A stretch of DNA of 64,000 nt, from assembly GCF_000150275.1 (NCBI RefSeq), contig NW_002060954.1, positions 1,878,821 to 1,942,820 of the forward strand. Reading direction: 5' to 3'. A program made the position numbers and the translations under genes. Source of the stretch: Trichoplax adhaerens (lineage: Eukaryota > Animalia > Placozoa). The first letter of the stretch is position 1. Each line of letters begins with the position of its first letter. Below the pieces are notes generated by a model that saw only the letters and a program-made list of their open reading frames with translations, was not told the origin of the DNA and made no database searches. Below are positions 37,979 through 55,000 of the stretch, piece by piece.

Positions 37979-39305
37979 CTAGTCAATATGAACGCGTGTT
38001 TCCTTAGTCTCAACATGACAACGGTCGCTATGAATGATACCTAATCCTACAATCATTAAAAATGCTCCTAAGCACCACATCTTCGATAGGTATTCCTTGA
38101 ATATGACATAGCCTAAAAGAGCCTAAATATAAAGAAGCAATTAATGTGCAGTAGCTCGTGATTTAGAGGATTTTGATGCAAAAGATCTTATAACAGTTTT
38201 AATTACTACAAAAATAATGTTAATAGACCAAAAATAGTAATTAACAACAGGCAGTGCTAAAAACAGGCAAATTAATTTGTAATAAGACGTGAAGAACATA
38301 AATGCTAGTATTAATGCTTAACTATAAATAGTCAACACAACGCACATTATACTTTTCGGAACCATAATAAAATGGATTGACGATATATGCATATCGAAAC
38401 GGATCAACATGACACCTGAATATCAGTGATTTGTAACTGTTCGATTTAAAATTGTACTCTACGTTGAATACCCAGGGTATAGTCAATTAGTCATACAAAA
38501 ATTCTAAACGTTATGAAACTTCACAGTTATTATTCGTACTTACACTCGCTATGAAATTGATGGCACTGCTTATGACTGTAGCTTGTAAAGAAGTGCGGAA
38601 TTGATTTAAAGCTTTGACGAAAAAGGTCCACATAATTGCATTCGATAGAAAAAATCCTCCTATACAGATTGCCCTCAGACACCACCAAATCTAACGCACA
38701 ATACCATGTGTAAATAACAGATTACCCTTAATGAATACGTATATTGACACGCATTTCATTTACTATACTGTAGATTGCAACAATTTCGGACTTGATCACA
38801 TTATGTACAATGTGGGATAGAATTATCATTTTGGTAAGTTAAATTCACATTCATAGCAAGCCTGATTCTAGCTTCAATTTCCAACAGCTGTACAATAGTA
38901 ACTTAAATTCTACAAATCTATCAACAAAACAATACAGTAGGAATTATGTTCATGTTGGTGACGGCGTGAAAGCTGTAAAGAAGTTAATGGTACACAAGAC
39001 TTATCAGCTGTTGCGTCTTCTCAGAAATTACTGTGGCCATGGTACTTGGCATATTCTTAAACTGTACCCTACCGTTTTGCACTACATATCGTATTCTGTA
39101 AAATACTTAAGCTAATCAGGGAAAGATAGGCACCAGCATAGTGCATCAAAAGCTATACCTTAGTACAGTTTTTCGATGAAATTTCTATCCAAGCAGTACA
39201 AAGATAATCCTTCATGATATGATCGTCATAGAAGGCTAATTTCATAAACATTGATGCAAAGGCAGCACTTAGGCCAGCCAATGAGGCCAATAGAAAGCCT
39301 AACAT
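37979..39305 (-). CDS. TMEM42: Transmembrane protein 42 (small DMT/EamA-like membrane protein), 3 exons
   Basis: Exons 39159-39305, 38544-38690, 37979-38122, all phase 0. Protein MLGFLLASLAGLSAAFASMFMKLAF...SNAIMWTFFVKAL...SAINFIASALLGYVIFKEYLSKMWCLGAFLMIVGLGIIH fits TMEM42. Confidence 0.88.
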
Positions 39306-39552
39306 CGTACTGTCCAATATTGCTAACGGAAAAGTACTTCTTACTGTATGATACAAGTGGGTGTAGGGTATTTCCGGCAGTGTACTAATTTTGTTCCAAT
39401 AGATCAATAAACGGCTGACTTTAATGTTAGCGATGGAACGAGCACAGAGTTTCCTGTTTCCTTTTTACCTCTATGCATGTGAGCGCAAGCGTAGTACCAA
39501 AAGAGCATGCAAAAGTTTCCTATTTGATTATGTCATGAGTGAACGGTGGTGA

Positions 39553-39685
39553 ACAGGCGTAATTGCAACCCGTGGGATTTTTGTTACCCGGGTACCTCGT
39601 TTCCTACCATCAATATAAAAATTGCCCGGGTACATATTGTACCCGGGTATTTTAACCAAGTATGGAAACCCGGGTGCAATCCCTA
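39553..39685. mobile_element. Degenerate hAT-like MITE relic with CCCGGGT repeats
   Basis: Four CCCGGGT palindromic cores. Perfect hairpin CCCGGGTACA-TAT-TGTACCCGGG at 39625-39647. The right end reads TAGGGATTGCACCCG on the - strand and the left end partly mirrors it (ATTGCAACCCG). No TSD found. Confidence 0.5.
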
Positions 39686-39707
39686 TAAGTAGCTTCAGGC
39701 ATGCAAT

Positions 39708-40950
39708 AGTGTACTGTACGGTATGACACCCGTGATGACTGTAGCAAGTAGCAACTACGTATTCACTGTTCATTCATGACATAATCAAATAGGGAACTTT
39801 GAGAAGCAGGAGCTTGTTTGTACGAGAATTTTCCTGTTCGAAGTCGTTGATAAATGAAGTGAAATCTTTTTCTGTACAGTACTTAACAATAACAGCAGAT
39901 TTACTGGTACAGGAGGATGCAGGAAATCCGAAATTTATGTCAAAGGGAACAATACTCATACAGTACCTATTCGGTGTAGAGTACTGTATACTATATCGTC
40001 ATCTAAAGCCAGATCTACCAACTACTGTACTGTACATTAACGAGGAGATTCCATCACCATTGAATGAATGTACAGTACTGTATACTGTACTGTAGAGTAT
40101 TACAGTACATAGTACTGTAGTGTGTACATATGCTAGAGGTGCGTATTGGTGGCACCGTTAATAGTACGTACTGTTGTTTACGGTGTGACCATGTGACAGA
40201 CGTATCGCACGGTACTATACAGTACATGTACTGTAGTCTACAGAACTACAGTACTGTACTGTACAGTAACTGATCGCTTATACTGTACTGTACACCTACA
40301 GTACAGTACGTATTACGTAGACTACCATTACCATGCCTCAGGTACGGGTGCAGCTACCAGTCGGGTAGGCGGAAGAGACAAGAGAAGTTACGGTTGAAAA
40401 GAGAGTGTGGCTCTTTGCGTTACATACAGTACTTTATAGTACAGTACTGTGGCCAGATTGCCCGCATCCCTCAGTGTACAGTATAGTACTTTCACTTGTG
40501 CACTAGTGGTACAGTATACTGTAAAAACAGGATAGAATGTGAAAAGAAAGGGTTTCTTGTTCAAAATGCCAAAAGCATAGAAAACTTGACTTGACACTTG
40601 ATTTTATTGTGCCACGAGACGGAGTCATTCAGGGTGCAGTACTTTGTACTGTTGATCTTGTTCTCAGGATACTGTACACTGTAAGTGATTCATCGCTGCA
40701 GTACTGGATGTACTGTTGATGGTTGATGCTCTAGGGAATAGTCCGCTGTCCAGTAAAGTACTGCACTGTCTTGACTGATTCTTCTTACAAAAGCGTCATC
40801 ATCCAAGTACTGTACAGTGTACTGTATTTGCTGTACTGTGCTGTACTTCTGTCAAGAACAGACTGTACAGTACTGCACAAGTACAGTACCAAGAGTACCG
40901 TGGTGACGTAGTAAGTACGGTCAGTTACTCAGGCTGCGACGTCGTACTGA
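39708..40950. repeat. Densest TACWG array field, in the TMEM42/Rab2 divergent intergenic region
   Basis: For example tacagtactgtatactgtactgtagagtattacagtacatagtactgtag (40071-40120), tacagtactgtactgtacagta (40247-40268) and gtactgtacagtgtactgta (40807-40826). Confidence 0.9.
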
Positions 40951-41083
40951 CTCTCTTTTACAGCGCTGTGGACGTATTTCAACCAACCTTATTGATCATC
41001 GGTTTAATCTGGATCGTTTTACTCGCCGTTACAAAGCGAAAAATTTCTCGACATTTAGATTTTGTTTTATCGAATTATAGACT

Positions 41084-46275
<5,192 letters not shown>

Positions 46276-49062
46276 TTTGTCACTTATCAAGCTTACTCCA
46301 GTGAACTTTACAAATAGTATTACAACTAAAATAAACTGTATTCGTAAGTTAAACAACCTACAGGAAGAATTTATTTTGTCAACAAGCTATTTGTCAGCAA
46401 GCTATTTGCTAAATATGTTCTGCCTTTATGTTAACATTTACATATACATTAACGTTTACATGACTTTACATTTGACATTTACATTTACATCGAAGCTTGA
46501 TGCAAGCTTCGATTAGGAGAGTCTATTAACAGCAACAGCCGCGGAAATTCAGGCTTGCCTCTGTATTACTGCTATTAATTAACTATACTTACACTTTCAT
46601 GGCAAACATTTGTTGAATTCGTAACACTTCTAATAGACAGTTTCAGGTGCAAATAGTCACTTATCTCTTACTTGAAAATTGTCTAAGAAAGTATTGTTAT
46701 TTGTAGGTCTGCTGTGTTTACATATTATTAGATTTGATGTAAGCAGACTATGATAATCATATCCTTATTCTCGGCATTCTTTTATCTTAAACTGAATTTA
46801 GTAAAACAGCGTGTATAAGTTCCATCTACCCTGAGATTTAAAAATCAATATACGTAAGACAATTACTTTAGGAATAACAGATAGTGAATTGATAATTATG
46901 CGATTTGGTGGTAAATTTAATAGAAGCTTCCTTTATCTTTCCAGGATTACCTTATAATATTCAATTAGTCTGTTATCAAGTTTACGAAAAGATACTATTA
47001 ACACAAATAATTAAATTTTACAATCTATGTAACTACTGTAATGCATTAAATTTTAGGCTATTATTTGTTAGTATTTCCACATTTAATAAAGTTTGGAGTT
47101 ATTCCATTTACATAATTCATTGCTGTTATCCTATTGTACAAGGGTCGACTAGATTTTGACTTGCTGTACCACTCCTAAATCTTATTAACGTTATTGCTTT
47201 AATGCTATACTTGGATTTTTATGTAGAGTAGCTGCTTGAGTTATAATAAACTACCACAAGATCATTGTAAACTTGGTCCTACATATCCTGGAATTGCTGC
47301 ATTTTTTGTACGAAGTAGTAACTTCATTCGATATTTTTAAGACTAACCAGATCTAAAAATTGCATAATATATTAAGCACTCATTCATGTAGTATAAATTC
47401 GAAAATTCTATTTTAATATTTATAATTTAGTGCATACCGTACGTGTCTACTTATGTCCGTAATCTGCATACACAGCTCAGTAATTAAAAAAAGGAATTAA
47501 GAATCGATATCCACTGTAACTATAAACCTTAATGTTGCAGGAATATTAGCACTTCTAATATGCACGAAAATTCGAGAGTATATCAGATGGTCACAATAAC
47601 TTTACGAGTATGATATACGTTAGCTATAGCCGTAACAAATAAGAGTAAGCAATATCGTATTCTTATCAAAGTACTCGTATTATTAATTCAAGGATCGATA
47701 TTTCAATGATTATACCGTGAAATATCTATAATTTTTTAATTTAAAAAGCTAGTAAGGCGAATGACTCCAGAGTTTATCAAATTCGATAATGCTAGAATCT
47801 ACACATAGCTTAATTTCTTTGAGTTAGAACTAAAAAAGCGACAATTACCAACTATTCTTACTGTCTATTTGATAGCGGCCTAACAAAGAGCTAATAACAG
47901 GAGTTCTGAAATGATAAATTAATCTATCACTACTACTAGCTATTTTAACTGAAAATGTATTTGCTATAGGTCTTATCGTTACTAGGACCGTAGAATGATT
48001 CTAGCTACAATCGTAACAGATTCGAGTATCGAGATCATTCCAGCGATATTTTATGTAAATAATAATGTAAACTATTGAAATGGAAGATAAATTGTGCGAT
48101 ACTTTCTATACAAAGCATGTTGTTGTTTCAATGTATGAATTCGAGTTATTCGTCAAAATTATCGATTAATTATTTGACTATCAATACAGTATTATATTTG
48201 TATATGATAGGAAGAATTTTTACTATTAGTTAGAATATAGCTAATGTAGTCAAAATGAAATCTGATATTTACAACATACGATACTGATCAAAGCTAGTAC
48301 TGCAAGCTGAATGATGAGCTAATACAACAACGAGCTCTTAGGCGAAGGAAGTAGTAGTGTATTGATCGACCCCGATTGACAGCAGTGGAAAATATTTCTA
48401 TTCTTATGTGACTCAAAAAACATACAAGTTATGAACTCATTTTAATTTTATTTATGATAGGTAAGACTATAACTCATATCTCTTGTACAGTACTACAATG
48501 AATAAAACAAGTACATCGTATATAATACATTTTCTTACAACATTAAATAGTAATTCAGCAAATGATACTGAAGATAAATCTTTCTATTTGAAATTAACAT
48601 TTTATAAAGAAGGTAGATATCAGAATTTCCGTATTTATTGTTAATTAAAACCACTTTTTTTACGGTTAGTCCAAATGCCAGAATGATCGCAAACCGAGGC
48701 CATGGTGGTAACACTATTTTTAAAATGTTTAAGTCATAATCGACAAAGTTAAATGTATTACAAGAAAAATTTGAAGGCGTTTTTATCAATAGCAATCCAA
48801 ACATAATAAACGACGATAACTTTTAGCGAGAATTATTTAACCTAGTCATGTAGTACAAGAGAACATCAGTATATGCAATAAATTACGATTTTATGAAGCA
48901 ATTTGCCACTTTAACTAACCTGTATGATGAACACATTTCTAGTTCATGTGTTAGTTCGATCGAGGATGAAAATAAATTTTGTTGAATTAGAACGAGTAAT
49001 CGAAAATTATAGGGTTACTAATGTAAAATACTTGGAAGACATTTATCGGAAATGAGTCGTAA

Positions 49063-52000
49063 TTATACGATGGCAGCAATCGCTGAAATTTGAGTAAGGC
49101 AACTAACTTTAAATATCAACAGCCCTTCATAAACGCACGAGTGTGGCTGAAGTTGATTACCTTGTATCTTATTCAAACTTTTAGAATCTCGTCGAATATC
49201 TACAGAGTTGCATGAAATATTATCCGTAGAAAGTGGTAATAATGGAATTTTAACGTTACGACTAGCACGCGTATCTTCACTCTATAATAAAAAAATAACG
49301 GAATAAATAAATATATTAAAATCATATAAAATGAAAATTTACACAGAGCCAAATGGTAAATTGATGCTGACTTTTATTTTCAGTTATTATAAGTCAATAT
49401 AAAATATCAATTATTTTAACTATCCTATTTTATTGCAGAATGTAATTATATCTTCAACTATCTATCAAAAGACGTTATACGTGAATTGTAAATCGTACTC
49501 GCGTTTCCCCGCTAGTATCTCTCATGGATTGCATTGGAAATATCATTGTACCAAATTTAGTTCTTTTCTGAAAGTACTCTTGCACCTAAGGGTAATCAAA
49601 TTAGATGCGATATAAATTAGTATTGCCGTTTCCAATCTATTGCTATAGCAGATGCAAGATTATATATGATTACACCTGACATATACTCCGGTATTTTAGA
49701 GAATAATTTTGAAGCTTAGTACATATATGTTATCCGTAAAATATCAGTTCTAAAATCAATATCAAAACTTACATCATGATCTCGAAAGCAATGAAAGTAA
49801 AAGATTAAAAGCCCCTTCATATCAGAATATCGGTAAGTCAATATATTATCATTAGCATCAGATGATTATGATACAACCAAACAGTCTTTATGGATAGAAA
49901 AACTTGCAGTGAAATTAAACTTAACAAGCTGCCGCTGATAAACGATAATTTACCTGTGGGCAATTCAAAACTGTAAATAAGTAAGCAAAAGCGATATTAT
50001 CTGTAGCATAATATAGGATACCAAATAACCAAGATACACCAAAGAGAAAGATTAGCGAAGTCACAGCTCTAATTCCAACTCTATGAAGAAGAATGGATAT
50101 ATTTCGATTAAATCATCATGTTACTAAATATCGCTTTACTACTAGTAAATTGCCTTGAATTTCATAAATATGATAAAACTGCAGAAAGAGGGAGTTATTT
50201 TATTATATCTACTACAAATTAAGTAGAATAGTTTTAATGAAGCAATATGATATTTCTATGGATGTTATAGTTTTAAACTGGATCGTAATTCCGTTATACT
50301 TGAATTTTTGAATTTCAGATTTTTGGACCATAACTGTAATCGAGAAGAGCGCTTTTACAGCCGTAATTGTAATGGCAATGTTACTCTAAAAATTTTCGTT
50401 ATGAAAGATTTTAAAATATCGCCAAATTAACAGGAGTGCTAATATAAACTCACGTTTATCTCTTGCAATACAGAATCGAGTAAATACAAAATTTAGCCTA
50501 TTGACTATCTTTGCGCTAGCATAATTAAGAAATCACAATTCTTAGAAAAAACACATTCTCTATGAAAGATTGATGGATTAACACGCATAAATGCAGTAGT
50601 TATACTGGAAAAGACTAATGCATGTTGATTAAGTTCAATATATTGCTATATAATATATTATATATAACTTACGATTTTTTAATTATTATTATAGTACCTA
50701 TCAAACTACAGTATCTTACCACAACAATTAAAATAATTGGACCAACAAAGAACCACATTTGAGGGCTTGCATTTTTAATCCAACAGCTATTAAAATAATA
50801 ATTGACATTAATGACTAGTTAACTAAATCGAGACCTGCATAACCACCACGTCTGGTATTCGTATTTAAAACTTACTTATTTGAATTGCGGTATGCGTCTA
50901 TCCCAGTGCACGTGGCCACTGCGACTATTACTGCAGGAGGCACTAATTTGGGATCATTTAAAGAAAATTTGAAAAAATAGCGCCAGAGAACAGATTAAAT
51001 ATGATGAAGGTTGCATGGATTACCTGTACGTATACTTTCTAATGATAGCTATTAAAAATGACTTATTAACTATTCATGAATGATAGTAAGGATTAAAATT
51101 TTAATTACAGTAAATTAGTCAATGTATTTTATACTTACACCATCCTGCAATAAAATATAACCGCCTAATTTTTAGGTCAATAGTTTTCCGCATCGATGAG
51201 ATTTTTTGCAAAAGTAGTAAGGCCTCCATCATCATCCATGTTAAGCTTGCCAAATAGAAAAAATGCAATCCAACAGCGATAATAGTACAAAGAAGCTACA
51301 ATTTAAAAGAATTTAATTTTATTTCACTCATAGTAATGGATTTCGAGAAGTTATACTGACAATTTTTCGATACTGTAATGTAATATACATCAAGAGAAGT
51401 GGTATTTGTTAAATAAAATATCATCATGAAAGCAACTTAAATTTATCATAAAGACTAGTAAAACACCCATTCAAGTAGATTTTTAGCAATCTAGTACAAG
51501 TTGACATTTCTATACATATTGACACAATTATTCGTGCGGCACAAAGTAGATCACCGAATATACCAATTAAAATGGTGTATTAGAATTTCTACCATAAACT
51601 ATTGGTGTCTTATAATACTAATTCAGGATTAATTACCGGCAGTTGCGTTGCATGTATGCCAGCTAAGAATCCAATAATCGAAACTACCATAGCAACAGCC
51701 AAATTAAGGTGAATAAAGTGCTTTACTGTGTAAAATTTCCTACATAAAAATGTTAGATATACCTTGCTGATTGAAATTTAAAGCAAGAATGATATAATAG
51801 ATCGAGAAATCGTATAAATTTTAAAAACTTAACATTGCTTTAAGAACAAGAAGTCTTACATTATTTCAAATGCTACAATGAAATGTAGGTTTCAACTAAG
51901 TACAAATATATCTATAGTATAATTTTACTCAAGTCATGTTGCCTCGCTCAATAAGTACAGGCTAATACATTGAACTAAGCTAATCGTAAGGAATTCAAGA

Positions 52001-55000
52001 CCTACACTCCAAGCTATTAAGTACACGCTTCGAACTATTAACTTTAGACAAATAAAAGCTCTATAAGCTCTAGATCCTGACCTCGTTAGTAATTAATTAG
52101 CAAGGTGTATAGTATTAATTAAGAAACCACTTTTGGATCTGACAATACAAGACTTTACATCAATATTAAACAGTATTATTATCAAGCTTTAACAAGAAGT
52201 CATCTTACTAACTTGCTGCTAATTAATATTGTTATCATAACCAATAAGGCAAATAGCGAGGCAGAGTATCCGGCATAAGTTATATAACGGAGGTTAGCGT
52301 CGTGAGGCCCAGTAAGCGCCTAAATTCAAAATATAATCAGTAACTTCAATATATAATGTCGAAGTTGACCATGGGTGAATGTACACGTATTAATGTCTAA
52401 ATTATTCCATAATAACTTCGTCTTAAATATGAACATAAATCAACAAAATTTTTGATTGCCTTTGAACTTTGCATAATAACTGCAAAACTGGTGAAATGAG
52501 ATGTTGCACAATGAACTCTGGTCGAATTATAGCCCAATAATTGAATTCCGTATTCTGACCATCCACTTTAATAAATTTATAATTAAGGACAAAGTCGAAA
52601 AGTGCGGGTATTAGTAAATCAAATTATGATCCGATCATAAGTTAATGTCTAATTCACTTAATTCGAAAGAAGAATGAATTTTCTAGTCATTATAAATCAA
52701 GTTATGCTATCTATTTCGATTAGCTAATAAATTGCGATAATTTCGCAATTCACTGATCACTTAAGGTCTATATTATAGTAGAACATTTAAGTTATTTGTA
52801 TTATTTATCTTACAATTGCTCCCAATATGCACATCGATAGGGTGGATAAGTCTAATGGAAAAAGATTACAATTGTGCAAACTTTTAAATGATCTTTGAAA
52901 TAATTAATAAAACCGTAATGTTAACTTTATCTGACCTGTCCATATTGAATTTTAAAGTGAAGATGGACAGGCACTGTAAAATTTTTGTCTTGTGGTGGGT
53001 ACACAGAGCAAGACAAAATGCTGGAAATAATGATGCTAAAGAATTTTTTTGGAATTCTGTTAGTATGAAATCATATCACTTCTATCAAAATGAAAGAATG
53101 GAAACTTAATATGTATATATAATCAATTTACGTGTATATATACATTGTATGTCCGTATCTAAAGTGTACCTGTTATTGCCATTAGCGTTATTTTCTGCCC
53201 AATTCCTTTTGACATTATAAGTTCGCACTACCACAGTTACAGTGTGATCTAAAAATTTTTGTAAAATTAATAATTTGAACGGTATTATTGCTGATATCTT
53301 ATAAAAAAGGTGAGCCACAAATATTATCGAAATGAAGACAATTCACGATTTTACTATCGATTTCTATTCAGCAGGGGTGCGATAAAATTACAATAATAAA
53401 ATAAAGCCAGAAATATTCGTCACCTTGATCAGAGAATTGAAATGCTGATTTAGGAATCCTCACTTCTGCTACGGACTTGTTGGATGACGATAGCACTAGA
53501 TTAATGGTTGACTTCGTATTCGACGCCTTAATCGTTTGGGCTACCAATTCTGGCATGTTCGATCATAATATGGGCATCAATAGATGGAAGAACGATGTAC
53601 AATACAATAAGAAATCATTTAGTAAGCAATGCAGCTAAAGTTAGAACAGCCTTTAAATTAAAATACTTTAAATCAGTAAGTGTAGATTCAGCGTATATAG
53701 ATATCAGCATTGGAATACATATATAAGTTACTGATTAATGTCAGCTTAATTACATAGGTATAATAGTAAGAGATAGCGACAATCTGAAGGAAGAAGCTGA
53801 TATTATTTATACTGTACTCGTATATTAGTAATGATGCGATAGCTTTGGTGATATATTTGTATGAGCTAAATGAATACCTGACTGTGGCGTTGACATCCTA
53901 AACTGTGTAGTAATATTAGCTTGATTAATTTTTTTAGCTAAATTCGTGTCAAATTTATCGATCTGCGTAAGAATTAAGCCAGGATTCTACAGAATAAAAC
54001 CGATAAATCTTGGTTAAATATATCACATCTCTAATTTGATGTCTTGATCTCTAGGAAAATCCAATATGATCATTTTATTCTTTTGTATTATAGCAAAATC
54101 GATATTTTAAGTAATAATTAAGATTTAGTTTCAAAGATTGATTTGAAAACTTCTCTTGTAAAAATTATGAAGCACGTTATTATTTCTTACGCATAAAAGT
54201 TACATTACCTTATCCACGGTATCAGTTATATTTACTATAAGTTGACTGTTAGTTTCTTGTATCTCATCAATCTGCATGACAAGCAAATAAGTCATTATTT
54301 AAAAATTTTTCAATTTCAACCCTATGGAGATTATTACAAATCTGATCAATAAAAGCTCATTATTCAACACAGCAGTTTTTTCATTAAATCTTGAGCGTCA
54401 ATTTATCATGAGTCTAAGTTCTGACGATTTTGATATGATATTTCTTCTCACGATATAAGCATATTAAATTTGCCCATCAATAACCATTTTACTAGCCTTG
54501 ACATGATTGGCTATGTAGCTTTCATTATCCGCTGACGACGACTGATTCAGAGTGATGTTTGCGGAGACTGCAAATATTAGTAACGGTAGTAAGTGATGGT
54601 ATCTTAGGAAATTGATAGCCATACGTTAGAAATAACTCAAATTAAACACAGGAAGCTGTTAGCAATAGAAAGCAGTTGATTATTTATTTATTCATATTAA
54701 ATGAGAAAGTTTCTTAACCTTTATAAGAAGTAGCAATAAAAGAAACTATTTTACTCCGAAATAAATTTCTCTACAAGTTGCAATATACCTGGAGAAGAAC
54801 TGGTAGAATATTCTAATGGTGGTATTGTCGTCACTGAAAGGGTTCTAGGATGCTGAAATATGTCCATAGTTGTAAAGCTGGGGCGATTATTACAAGTTAT
54901 ACAGGTATTATAATCACCGGTCATTCCATGATCTACATGATGGATATTAGAATTAGTGTGCATGAAATGATATTACAATTAGAACAAAGAATTATATTAA

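Noticed and set aside
39528-40597. ORFs in the TMEM42/Rab2 intergenic region
   Set aside because: By-products of the arrays and the palindromic cassette; no recognisable domain or splice-consistent structure.
39708-40950. Arrays as a CRISPR locus or telomeric repeat
   Set aside because: No constant repeat with unique spacers, no cas genes, eukaryotic context, mixed orientation and not TTAGGG-like.
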